Below are positions 37,213 to 45,751 of a stretch of 60,965 nt of DNA, piece after piece. Position numbers and translations under genes: made by a program. Numbering within the stretch: position 1 is the first letter of the stretch; every line of letters begins with the position of its first letter. This stretch comes from an uncultured virus (IMG/VR IMGVR_UViG_3300038427_000461) (Duplodnaviria; Heunggongvirae; Uroviricota; Caudoviricetes): the IMG/VR virus record IMGVR_UViG_3300038427_000461. One strand, written 5' to 3'. The notes below the pieces were generated by a model that saw nothing but the letters and a program-made list of their open reading frames with translations, did no database searches and was not told the origin of the DNA.

Positions 37213-38934
37213 CTACACCAGCGCGATCGGCTGCGAGACGACCGGCGCGCCCAGGACGAGCGACAGCGTGCGCGCGTAGAGGCCGGAGAGCTTGGTCGGC
37301 AGCGGGTTCGACGCCAGCGTGGCTGGCACGACCACGGTGGCAGTCGCGTGGGACGTCTGCCCGGTGACGGTCTCGCCCTTCACGAAGCCGCTCTTGACCG
37401 AGCCCGGGTCGAAGGCGAGGGTGCCCGTACTGTTCACGCCCTGGTTGTCGTAGAGCACGGTGCCCGTGCCGCCGCTCTTCTGCCCCTTCACGGTCTCGCC
37501 CACCGTGAACGGCCCGCTCTCGTCCACGTACGTCAGCGCGGGCGCCGTGGACTGCGGCAGCGTGAACTCCGCGAGCAGCGTCGTGAGGTGCGCGTCGTCC
37601 GGCGGCGCCGCCTGCGAGGGGGACACGAGGGACGCCGAGGTCACGACCGCGTCGGCCTCCTCGCTCACCGACTGCGCCGGGTAGGGAGCCTCGGCGGCCG
37701 GCGCGATCTCGGGGTGCGAGAGGCCGGTGTACGGCGTCGTGAGCTTGATGAGCGTGGCGCTGACCGAGGCGACCTCGTACTGCACGCCGGGCTGCGCGGT
37801 GAACTCGATGATGTTGGTCCCTGCGAGGACGCCGATTTGGCTGACCGGTGTCAGCACGGTCGGCGAGCCCTGCTTGACCAGGAAGTCGCCCTCGAGCTGG
37901 GGGGCGCTGTTCTGCTGCTGCGAGAGCGCGAAGTAGCTCGGCGGCAGGTAGATGAGCGGCCGGGTGATGGTGAGCTGCGCGGCGTCGGTGAGGCCCGGGA
38001 AGTCCGCGGGCGTGGCCTCGGAGGGGATGGCCGGCAGCGGGGCCTCGAGCGCGCAGAGCGTGATCTGGCCGACGGAGTTCGCGAACGCCCCGACCTGGAA
38101 GGGGAAGCACGCATCGATCTGGGCGATGTCGATACTGCCGCCGGCGAGCGTGACCATCGCCGGGAACTTCCCCATCAGCTTCGTGTAGACCGTGAAGGGG
38201 CCCGCCCCGGTCGAGTCGTGGTAGTCGAGCTGCATGATCTGCGCGCCGCTGCCGGATGGGATCGCGGGCGTCGTGCCGACGCCGTCGGTGTCGAGGTTGC
38301 TCGTCGAGTAGAACGCCGCGACGGCCGCAGGGGCTGGGGCGGTCACCGGCAGTCGCGTGTACGGGTTGATGGTCGTCTGTTCCAGGACATACGGGAGCGT
38401 CGGCGGAGCGCCTGGCGGCGGCACGAGCGGCCCGGTAGGCCGGCACGGGAACGGCGGCGGAGCGGTCGGCACGCCCGGCACGCTCGTCATGTTGAGGACG
38501 AGCACGCGCGTGGCGCCAGGGGTCGTGGGGGTGGGTCCGCCGAGGGCCGCCGCGTTGTTCACGGTCGCCGTCGCGCCCGACGTGCCGCCGGTGATCGTGT
38601 CGCCGTGCGCGAACGCGCCGACGATCGAGCCCTCCACGAAGAAGAGCATCCCGTCCTCGTCGACCGCGACCGTGGCCGTCCCGCCGCCCGGTGCGTCGGT
38701 GACGGTCTCGCCGGGCAGGAACGGCCCGCCCGCCTCGCTGGTGTACGTCACGCCGCCGATCGAGACCACGTCGCTCGAGACGGTGAGCCCGAAGGCTTGC
38801 CCGAGCACCGGGTCGGTCCCGGCGGACGCGTAGAGCGGGACCGCGGCGAGCTTGGCGGCCGCCTGCGCGGGGGTGTAGATCGTGCTCGCGGTCGCGACGC
38901 TGAATGCCAGGGTGAGCTGGTTCGGGTTCGCCAT
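37213..38934 (-). CDS. Putative structural protein, Thr/Pro/Ala-rich
   Basis: Start MANPNQ after a TACTCT box; two GPF..GETV.....GG.T repeats. Confidence 0.75.
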   Translation of the reverse strand: MANPNQLTLAFSVATASTIYTPAQAAAKLAAVPLYASAGTDPVLGQAFGLTVSSDVVSIGGVTYTSEAGGPFLPGETVTDAPGGGTATVAVDEDGMLFFVEGSIVGAFAHGDTITGGTSGATATVNNAAALGGPTPTTPGATRVLVLNMTSVPGVPTAPPPFPCRPTGPLVPPPGAPPTLPYVLEQTTINPYTRLPVTAPAPAAVAAFYSTSNLDTDGVGTTPAIPSGSGAQIMQLDYHDSTGAGPFTVYTKLMGKFPAMVTLAGGSIDIAQIDACFPFQVGAFANSVGQITLCALEAPLPAIPSEATPADFPGLTDAAQLTITRPLIYLPPSYFALSQQQNSAPQLEGDFLVKQGSPTVLTPVSQIGVLAGTNIIEFTAQPGVQYEVASVSATLIKLTTPYTGLSHPEIAPAAEAPYPAQSVSEEADAVVTSASLVSPSQAAPPDDAHLTTLLAEFTLPQSTAPALTYVDESGPFTVGETVKGQKSGGTGTVLYDNQGVNSTGTLAFDPGSVKSGFVKGETVTGQTSHATATVVVPATLASNPLPTKLSGLYARTLSLVLGAPVVSQPIALV

Positions 38935-38982
38935 GCCCGGCAGAGTACCCCGTTTCGGAGATCGAGTGTATCCTCCCGGGGG

Positions 38983-39381
38983 ATGCCGCCCTCCTCCGCA
39001 GTCGCCGCGTTTCAGCAAGCGATCCGCTCGAAGCAGACCGCCCGCAAGGGTCCCGACCTCGCGCTCGTCGCGCACTGCGTCGCGCAAGCGTTGGCGCTGA
39101 CGCCCGCCGAGTTCGCGCGGGTGGTCGCCGGCGTCCGCGCCGGGATCGCGCGAGGGACCTTCAAGGTGTCCGTGCCCCACGATGAGGCTGGGAGCATCGA
39201 CGAGACCAAGTTGCCGCCGCTGCCCAAGCTGCCGCCGACGACGGTTCACCCGCAGCGGCCGGGGGAGGCCGTGAGCGAGCGGCTGGTCACCCGGCTCGTG
39301 GCGACGTGCGGGACGCTGACCCCGCTGGAGCTGACGCTGGTGACCCAAGGGGTACGGGCGGGGGTGGCGGCGCGGAAGTAG
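38983..39381 (+). CDS. Hypothetical protein with internal duplication
   Basis: LTPAEFARVVAGVRAG / LTPLELTLVTQGVRAG; TATCCT box upstream. Confidence 0.6.
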   Translation: MPPSSAVAAFQQAIRSKQTARKGPDLALVAHCVAQALALTPAEFARVVAGVRAGIARGTFKVSVPHDEAGSIDETKLPPLPKLPPTTVHPQRPGEAVSERLVTRLVATCGTLTPLELTLVTQGVRAGVAARK

Positions 39382-39424
39382 GCTCGCGAAATCGGTCCGG
39401 GGTGAGCTATCCTCGGTCCCTGGC

Positions 39425-40192
39425 ATGTACGACCTGAAACCGGCCGACGTGAGTCGGGCGATCGACGTGCTCCGGGCCGGGCCTCTCACGGCAGCCGACT
39501 TCTCGATGAGGATGTGGCCCGACCGGGAGCGGGAGAATCACGGCAGGCACACGCTCGCCGGGAACGCTTTCCTGCGCAGGATGGGGGTCCTCGGCTACGT
39601 CGAGCTGATCGGCAACCTCTGGACGATCCGCAGAGTCTCTGCAGGATCCCAAGGATTGTCTGCAAGCCCCTCCCCAAGCCTCTTTCCAGGAACCTTCCCA
39701 GCAACCTCCCCAGGGACCTACCCAGGAGCCCCTCCAGGAGACTCCCCAGGGACCTCTCCAGGGGTGTCGGCAGAGCGGGCGCGGCTCGTCGGGCTGGTCG
39801 AGATGGCGATCGATCCGGTGGAGTCGGTCACCAGCGACCTCGTGCTCGGCAACATCGCGATCCGCGGCATCGCGCTCGACGCCGCGATCATCGAAGCGTG
39901 CGCGATCGTTGTGCTTTCGGGCCGCAACGCGAACGTCTACCCGCCCTGCGGCGCGCCCCGCATGATCGTCGGCCTCTCGCCAGGGGAGGCGGGGCGCGCG
40001 CTCTACCTGCGCTGGAGCCAGTCAGGTCACCCGCCCGAGCTGGCGCGGTCGAGCGCCTGGATCACCGTCGAGGACGGGATCGTGGCGACGTCGGGCCACT
40101 GGCGCCCTGCAGGCGTGCCGATAGGCTGGGTCGACCCGGAGGACATCCGCGTGCGGGTCCAGCGTCAGCGGGTCGCTGCGGGGCTCGCGTGA
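39425..40192 (+). CDS. Hypothetical protein with winged-helix-like N-terminus and xPGT repeats
   Basis: GPLTAADF..FLRRMGVLGYVE..W.I; seven 12-bp repeats. Confidence 0.65.
   Translation: MYDLKPADVSRAIDVLRAGPLTAADFSMRMWPDRERENHGRHTLAGNAFLRRMGVLGYVELIGNLWTIRRVSAGSQGLSASPSPSLFPGTFPATSPGTYPGAPPGDSPGTSPGVSAERARLVGLVEMAIDPVESVTSDLVLGNIAIRGIALDAAIIEACAIVVLSGRNANVYPPCGAPRMIVGLSPGEAGRALYLRWSQSGHPPELARSSAWITVEDGIVATSGHWRPAGVPIGWVDPEDIRVRVQRQRVAAGLA
39683..39766 (+). repeat. Seven imperfect 12-bp tandem repeats (nnnCCAGGRACC)
   Basis: TTTCCAGGAACC TTCCCAGCAACC TCCCCAGGGACC TACCCAGGAGCC CCTCCAGGAGAC TCCCCAGGGACC TCTCCAGGGGTG. Confidence 0.85.
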
Positions 40193-40362
40193 GCGCATCT
40201 CGAGCCACTCCGGCCGAAGCCGCTGCGGTGGCCGGCGGAGTCGTCTTGACGCTCGGCGTGGTCGCGCTCGCGGCGTTCCCCGCGCTCGGGTGGGCCGTCG
40301 TCGTGGGGGCGCCGCTCCTCGCGGTGGTCGCAGCGGCTGGGGCCGCGCGGGCGGCCGCGTAG
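40189..40362 (+). CDS. Small two-TM membrane protein
   Basis: GTGA overlap; almost wholly hydrophobic. Confidence 0.5.
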   Translation: MSASRATPAEAAAVAGGVVLTLGVVALAAFPALGWAVVVGAPLLAVVAAAGAARAAA

Positions 40363-40410
40363 GGGCATTTTGGAGAAGACCGCCGGAGCCGGAAAGTGCT
40401 AGGCTTTTCT

Positions 40411-40532
40411 CAGCCCAGCGCGAGGTGGGTTGTCCTCGACAAGGCCCTTCGGGGCCCCCGGGTCGCTCCCGGGAAGCGGTTCGAGGCCGCTCTGTCAGTC
40501 CGGACCCCTACCCCGTCGCGAGGCGGGGAGGG
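40411..40532 (+). ncRNA. Candidate structured ncRNA with a cloverleaf core and T-loop-like arm
   Basis: Five hairpins plus closing helices; UUCG and GNRA loops; TGcTAGGCT extended -10 at 40397-40405. Confidence 0.55.
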
Positions 40533-40546
40533 GCGGAGCCAACGAG

Positions 40547-40768
40547 CTAGATGCCGCAGTCCGATTTGACGGCCGCCAGCGTGGCGAAGTAGCACTCGCC
40601 GGGCGTCGGGTGCTCGCCCCCGAGCCACTCGCCGTCGGTGACGTCCCAGAGCTGCCAGCGGCCGACGTCGTTCAGGGCGACGAGGAAGGCTTCGCCGCAG
40701 GCCGTCATGCTGTAGCGGGCGTCCACGATGAGTCGGGAGGGGGCTCGAGTGTTCATGGCCTCGAGCAA
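40547..40768 (-). CDS. Hypothetical protein
   Basis: Short ORF with typical codon use. Confidence 0.5.
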   Translation of the reverse strand: MLEAMNTRAPSRLIVDARYSMTACGEAFLVALNDVGRWQLWDVTDGEWLGGEHPTPGECYFATLAAVKSDCGI

Positions 40769-40862
40769 GTGCAGACGGTGCGCGTTGATCGCGATCAGTG
40801 GACCGCAAGCGGTCGGCGGCGGGAGCCTGGTGACACGAACCTCCTGGACGCTCTAACCGCTG

Positions 40863-40884
40863 CATGATACGTGGGGTTATCACG
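40863..40884. promoter_or_regulatory. Candidate tyrosine-recombinase crossover site
   Basis: CATGATAC-GTGGGG-TTATCACG, imperfect arms around a 6-bp spacer, 7 bp before the recombinase ATG. Confidence 0.5.
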
Positions 40885-40891
40885 AAGCCCA

Positions 40892-41974
40892 ATGCCGGAC
40901 GACCGTTCTATAGTACAGTTACCTACATCTCAGCTCGGCCGTGCGCGCGACGAACTGATCGCGCTCGGGAAGCGAGACGACGAGGCGGCGTACGCTGCGG
41001 TCCCAGCGAACACCCGGCGGGCCTACGAGCTAGAGCTGCACTGCTACATCTCCTGGTGCGCCCGCCACGGCGTCCAACCGACGCCGGCCGATCCCGACGT
41101 CGTGCGACGGTACCTGCGCGAACTCGCTGACCAGGGGCGCGACGCCGACGATCTGCCGAGGGGTCGACCGAAGGGTCCGTTTGGCTACTCAGCGCTGAAG
41201 AGGACACTGTCGGCGATCTGCGCGTCGAACGTCGCTTCTGGTTACTCCAGCATCTGGAAGGACAAGCTCATCATCGGCTCGCGTGCGGCATTCGGCGCAG
41301 AGAAGGGGGAGGCACCCAAGAAGAAGAAGCGTGCAGTGGGCGCAGATGGCGAAGCGCTGCTGCTCCGGATATGCGACCGGATCGACGGCAGCGTGAGAGG
41401 GGTTCGGGACCGCGCGCTCATCCTGGTCGGCTGGTACGGTGCGCGCCGGCGCAGTGAGATCGTCGCGGCGCGTGTGGAACACTTCACCACGACGCCGAAG
41501 GGGAACGTGCTCTGGACCATCCCGCGCAGCAAGACCGACCAGACCGGCAAGGGGCACGCGATCTTGCTGCCGCTCGCCCAGGACGAGCGCTACTGCCCGG
41601 TGCGCGCGCTCGCGCGCTGGGTAACGCTCGCGAAGCTCGAGAGCGGCCCAGTGTTTCGTGGAGTGGACATGCTGACCGGAGAAATCATGCAGACGCCGCT
41701 CACCCCCGAGACCGTCGCCCGGCGCGTGCAGCATTACGCCAAGCTGCTTGGATTCGACCCCAAGGATTTCGGCGGCCACTCGCTGCGACGCGGGTTCATC
41801 ACGACCGCGCGACGGATGGGACGATCGATCGAGGACATCATGGAAGTCACCGGCCACCGCGACCAGAAGACGTTGTTCGGGTACATCGAGCACCTCGAGA
41901 TCGAAGAGGGGTCGGCCGCGCGGGGGTTGATTGACGAGGCGGTAGCGCACAACGAGAAGCAACCGCCGTCCTGA
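40892..41974 (+). CDS. Cre-like tyrosine recombinase (integrase/resolvase)
   Basis: NTRRAY N-domain; RDRAL..RRSEI, RSKTDQ, YCPV, HSLRRG, TGH, catalytic Y. Confidence 0.93.
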   Translation: MPDDRSIVQLPTSQLGRARDELIALGKRDDEAAYAAVPANTRRAYELELHCYISWCARHGVQPTPADPDVVRRYLRELADQGRDADDLPRGRPKGPFGYSALKRTLSAICASNVASGYSSIWKDKLIIGSRAAFGAEKGEAPKKKKRAVGADGEALLLRICDRIDGSVRGVRDRALILVGWYGARRRSEIVAARVEHFTTTPKGNVLWTIPRSKTDQTGKGHAILLPLAQDERYCPVRALARWVTLAKLESGPVFRGVDMLTGEIMQTPLTPETVARRVQHYAKLLGFDPKDFGGHSLRRGFITTARRMGRSIEDIMEVTGHRDQKTLFGYIEHLEIEEGSAARGLIDEAVAHNEKQPPS

Positions 41975-41994
41975 GTGCGCTATCATGAGACCCC

Positions 41995-42198
41995 ATGCGA
42001 GCCACCTCCATCTGTTGCCGCTGCCATCGCCTCCGCGCCGTCACCGGGCGCTACTGCGCGGGGTGTGAGGCGCTCCGCACGAAGGAGGAGGCGCGGCGGC
42101 CGCCGCCGGCGCCCACGCCAGCGGAAGCGAGCGTCCTCGGCGAGGTGCCCGTGTTGCCCGCGATCGAGGAGCCCGACGGAGCGCGAGAAGCTGACTAG
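41995..42198 (+). CDS. Small CxxC-pair protein
   Basis: CCRC..YCAGC; TATCAT box 8 nt upstream. Confidence 0.45.
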   Translation: MRATSICCRCHRLRAVTGRYCAGCEALRTKEEARRPPPAPTPAEASVLGEVPVLPAIEEPDGAREAD

Positions 42199-42257
42199 AG
42201 CACGGCCGCCGGCAGAGGGTGAAGACGGACAGCACGAACCTGTGGGGCGTCAGAGGA

Positions 42258-43301
42258 CTAGCGCAACCTGCAGCGACGGGTGGATCGACGTCGCCTCCAG
42301 CGACGACGCTTCTTGCGCTTCGGCGGCAGCGGTCTGCGCTTCGGCGGTTTGGGCGTCTTCCGGTGCTTCGTCCGCTTTTTCGGCGGCGACCGCGGCGGGG
42401 GCGTCCGGCGGTCGATCAGGGAGAGCAGGTAGAGCAGCGCGGCGACCGCGCCGATCTTGGCGGCCGCGTGGATGACTCGCTTCGTCATCGACGGCGGTGG
42501 TGGCGGTGGCGGCGGAGGAGTCGGGGCCGGGACCAGCAGGTACATCTTCCGAGGAAGCAACTGCGCCGGCGCCGGAGCCGTTTGCGCCGGCGGCGACTCC
42601 GGTCCCGGCGGCGACTCGACGAAGACGACCTGAGTGGGCGCGCTGGACGACGGGGTCTCGACGACGTGACCGGACAGGAGCTGGGTCTCCGGTGCGCCGA
42701 GCGCGCCCGGAGTGGTCTCGAGCGATCCCGGAGCGGGCGGCGGGAGAGCCGGCGCCCCCTGGGTGATCGTCGGGACGTCCGAAGCGTTCGGCTTGGTCCG
42801 CGCGATAGCCTGCCCGGCTTTCACGCACTCGCCGTCGGTGACCAGGCTCGCGCCGACGTCGACGTACCAGTAGCGGGTCTCGTCGTTCGCCGTGAGCACG
42901 ACGGACAATCTCCCCTTCTCGTCGATGAACTTGGCCACGACGCCGTCCGCCATCGCCCGGATGACGGCGCCCCCCGTGACGTGGAGGAACGCGTAGTGTG
43001 CTTCTTCTTCTTCTTTCGGCTCCTCGTCCTCGACGAACGGCAGGAGGTCCGGGAGCCACGGCCGGAGCCAGTCCGGCGGGCAGTACGGCTTCAGACCCTG
43101 CGGGACATATCCACCACCGCCACCGCCACCACCCGAGACTCGTGGGCGCCGCCGGACTGGAACCGGCGGTGGAGGAGGTGGTGGCGGGACGATCTCCGGG
43201 TAGGTGAGGAGATCGCGATCAAACCAGCCTTGATCCTGGCCGCAGTCGTCAAACCATCCCCAGGGTACGTCGTCACTGTCGAATAATCCGGGACGCGCCA
43301 C
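42258..43301 (-). CDS. Pro-rich protein with a degenerate M23 peptidase-like domain and C-terminal TM
   Basis: IRAMADGVV..V.L....RYWY....LV..G..VKAGQAIA; TM followed by a basic tail. Confidence 0.7.
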   Translation of the reverse strand: MARPGLFDSDDVPWGWFDDCGQDQGWFDRDLLTYPEIVPPPPPPPPVPVRRRPRVSGGGGGGGGYVPQGLKPYCPPDWLRPWLPDLLPFVEDEEPKEEEEAHYAFLHVTGGAVIRAMADGVVAKFIDEKGRLSVVLTANDETRYWYVDVGASLVTDGECVKAGQAIARTKPNASDVPTITQGAPALPPPAPGSLETTPGALGAPETQLLSGHVVETPSSSAPTQVVFVESPPGPESPPAQTAPAPAQLLPRKMYLLVPAPTPPPPPPPPPSMTKRVIHAAAKIGAVAALLYLLSLIDRRTPPPRSPPKKRTKHRKTPKPPKRRPLPPKRKKRRRWRRRRSTRRCRLR

Positions 43302-43342
43302 GGCGAGTCAGGATACGCGCTCCTCGTGAGCGCGGCGAGGCG

Positions 43343-44020
43343 TTACGGCATCTTCTTCAACTTCGCCCACCAGTCGATCGTCACGTTCCAGAGCGTCTTG
43401 TATCGTTCGGTCTGTACCTCTATCGCACGGAGTCCTTCTGCCTGATCCATCGTCTGTCCTACGTCTCCGACGAGGTGGGCTTTGATCCGGTAGTGGTCAA
43501 GCTTCTGAGCCGTGCGCCAGTCACGATTGAAGTAGCAGAACGTCTCCTGCATAAAGAAGCGGCGGTGCGTCGGATCCCAGAACGCGCGGTTCGATCGCCC
43601 GGACGGGACGACCATCTCTATCCAGCCGTCCATCTTCAATACGCGGTAGCACTCGTCGATGAATGCGAAGAGCATGTCCTGCCCGAGGAACTTCTCGCCG
43701 TTCTCGCGCAGGCGCTTGTCACCGGTCGCGTCGGAGACGACGATGTCGCGCATCTCCACCTCGCGTGCGGGAATGTGTTCGAGCAGGTGACTCGCGAAAA
43801 TCTCGTCCACCGAGTTGTCCTTGAACGGCCACGGGAACTTGAAGAGGTCCACCTTGTGCTTTGCTTTGTCGCCGTAGAGATCCACGCCCTCGAAACCTTC
43901 CTTCAGATTCTGACCACACCCGAGGTCTAGCTTGACGGCCGGCGCCGGGGATGAAGCCTCCACGAGCGCAGGAGACCCCCGACCGTTACTGGACTTCTGC
44001 TGCTTCTTCTTTTTCTTCAT
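43343..44020 (-). CDS. Class I SAM-dependent methyltransferase
   Basis: LDLGCG, WPFKDNSVDEIFASHLLEH, E.YRVLK.DG, DPTH. Confidence 0.9.
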   Translation of the reverse strand: MKKKKKQQKSSNGRGSPALVEASSPAPAVKLDLGCGQNLKEGFEGVDLYGDKAKHKVDLFKFPWPFKDNSVDEIFASHLLEHIPAREVEMRDIVVSDATGDKRLRENGEKFLGQDMLFAFIDECYRVLKMDGWIEMVVPSGRSNRAFWDPTHRRFFMQETFCYFNRDWRTAQKLDHYRIKAHLVGDVGQTMDQAEGLRAIEVQTERYKTLWNVTIDWWAKLKKMP

Positions 44021-44244
44021 GTTCCCTCGATGACGGTCACGGTCACCTTCGCGTGGGCGCTGCATCGGTTGCAGACGGTCTCGCACTCGGTAAGGATCTG
44101 GCTCTGGTTGAAGGGGTTCGCGGCCGGAAGATCCCACTTGTGGCCCCGGAGCTTGCACCGCTTCCTCTTGAGAGCCAGCTCTTCCGCGTCGAGGGCGTCT
44201 TCGGCGGCCTTGAGTTCAGCCGGCGCCAGTTCTTTTGCCGCCAC
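44017..44244 (-). CDS. Small Zn-binding protein
   Basis: C...GHKW..NPFN..CNRC. Confidence 0.65.
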   Translation of the reverse strand: MAAKELAPAELKAAEDALDAEELALKRKRCKLRGHKWDLPAANPFNQSQILTECETVCNRCSAHAKVTVTVIEGT

Positions 44245-44247
44245 GGC

Positions 44248-44583
44248 TCACTTCCCCACGGTGATCGTGAACTTCGCCGGCACGCCGCACCGCTTGCACG
44301 CGAACGAGCAGTCGAGGCTCGAACTGTTGAACGGGTTCTTCTCGGGCAGCGCCCACAGGTGCTGCTGGTTCGCCGCGCACTCGGCGGCTGCGGCTTCGGC
44401 GATAGCCTTCGCGGCAGCGGCGTCGCTGGCGGCTTTCGTTGCGGCAGCGGCGTCCGCGGCGACCTTGTCGGCAGCGGCGGCAGTGGCTTGGGCGGCGGCC
44501 GCTGCAGCGTCTGCGGCGGCAGCGTCTGCGGCAGCCTTGTCGGCGGCCGCCGGGGCGGTTGCGGAGTCCTTGGTGGTGGCCAT
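44248..44583 (-). CDS. Ala-rich protein with C-terminal Zn motif, paralogue of 44017-44244
   Basis: AAGGAG RBS; C....HLW..NPFN..CKRC. Confidence 0.7.
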   Translation of the reverse strand: MATTKDSATAPAAADKAAADAAAADAAAAAAQATAAAADKVAADAAAATKAASDAAAAKAIAEAAAAECAANQQHLWALPEKNPFNSSSLDCSFACKRCGVPAKFTITVGK

Positions 44584-44608
44584 AGAGAAATTCTCCTTCG
44601 TTGATCTT

Positions 44609-45511
44609 TCAGTAGACTACCCCTGATGCCACGTCCAGATGGCCGACCTTCACGCGCATGTCCGTCGCGAAGCGTTTGCCGGCCTCACGAGCCTTGCGGC
44701 AAAAGGACAGATCCTGAGTCATCCCGACGGTACCTTTGCCTTGGATGAAGTCATTCAGTGTCACGTACCACGGTGCTGGAATCTCGCGGAACAGCGACAT
44801 CCTCCAGAGAGCGCAACCCATCGCGATCCCGTTGACCGGCATGATCTGTCCCGCTGCAAGTGCCTCCCGGACGTCGCGTGGTCGGAAGTCCAGGACGCCC
44901 GTGCGCTGGTACTCCGCAGGATCCCCGTAGGCCATCGGCATGGAGATCTCCCCCTTGGTGAAGTAGAGACCGCTCACGGCGTCGTAACTGAACTTCTCGA
45001 TGCTCTCCAGGAGGCGCAGGTGCGCATCGGGTGGCGGGAGATTGTCGTCTTCGAGCGTCAGCACGTACTTCCAATTCCTAAGTTCTGGATGCGTCAGGAT
45101 CGTCTGGATCATCGCGTCGTACGCCTGCCCGACCTCGTGTCCGGACGTGAACAGCATCGCTCGCTTCTGATTCATCGGACTGATGAGCCCTTGCCACGCA
45201 CCAACAACCCGCTTGTCAATGAGCCCTTCGACGACGACATCCTTCTCTACACCCTTCTCGTCCTTGACGACCATCTTGTACTTGCCGCGCGTCGGGATGA
45301 CGATGACCGTCGAAGAGTCCTTGTAGGTGCTGCCCTCGATGTGCTCGACGCGCTCGAACCCCCTACCCGGCGCCTGCATCTGAGCGAGAACCTCGCTGAG
45401 GGGGACCTTGTCGTTGATGGCCCTCTGTCTGGCAACGTGCAGATCACTGTAGTCTCCCACGACAGAGGCGGGCGCTCGCGTAGCGCGCCTCGACGGCTTA
45501 CGCTTGCTCAT
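44609..45511 (-). CDS. GT-A fold (GT2-like) glycosyltransferase
   Basis: VIVIPTRG, YVLTLEDDN, VSGLYF, MGCAL, QDLSFC, VKVGH. Confidence 0.85.
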   Translation of the reverse strand: MSKRKPSRRATRAPASVVGDYSDLHVARQRAINDKVPLSEVLAQMQAPGRGFERVEHIEGSTYKDSSTVIVIPTRGKYKMVVKDEKGVEKDVVVEGLIDKRVVGAWQGLISPMNQKRAMLFTSGHEVGQAYDAMIQTILTHPELRNWKYVLTLEDDNLPPPDAHLRLLESIEKFSYDAVSGLYFTKGEISMPMAYGDPAEYQRTGVLDFRPRDVREALAAGQIMPVNGIAMGCALWRMSLFREIPAPWYVTLNDFIQGKGTVGMTQDLSFCRKAREAGKRFATDMRVKVGHLDVASGVVY

Positions 45512-45530
45512 CGCGTTCCCTCGATGTCGC

Positions 45531-45707
45531 TCATCGTTTCTCTTTCATGCTCTCTTCGAGCAAGGTTCTCACCGCTTCGCTGAGGTTCAGCATCGGGTTT
45601 GTTTTACGGAGGGCGTCTCTTCGTGCGATCAGTTTGTCGAACAGTACCTTCGGGACGCGTACGTGCAGACCCACGAACTCTGGCTTCGCTGGGCGCGATG
45701 CGGGCAC
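45531..45707 (-). CDS. Ribbon-helix-helix regulator (58 aa)
   Basis: Manual translation: LHVRVPKVLFDKL..NLSEAVRTLLEE; TTGACG-18-TAAGGT promoter just upstream. Confidence 0.65.
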   Translation of the reverse strand: MPASRPAKPEFVGLHVRVPKVLFDKLIARRDALRKTNPMLNLSEAVRTLLEESMKEKR

Positions 45708-45751
45708 AAGGGAGACCTTACATGGTAGAATCCTGCTACGTCAAGAACCTC

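Noticed and set aside
40438..40496. A second true tRNA gene
   Set aside because: 4-bp closing stem, a UUCG hairpin instead of a D arm and a 5-nt loop instead of an anticodon loop; kept as an ncRNA candidate
32668..45511. Response regulator, glycosyltransferase and methyltransferase as host DNA marking a prophage boundary
   Set aside because: They are embedded in or coupled to viral operons, and no host core genes flank them
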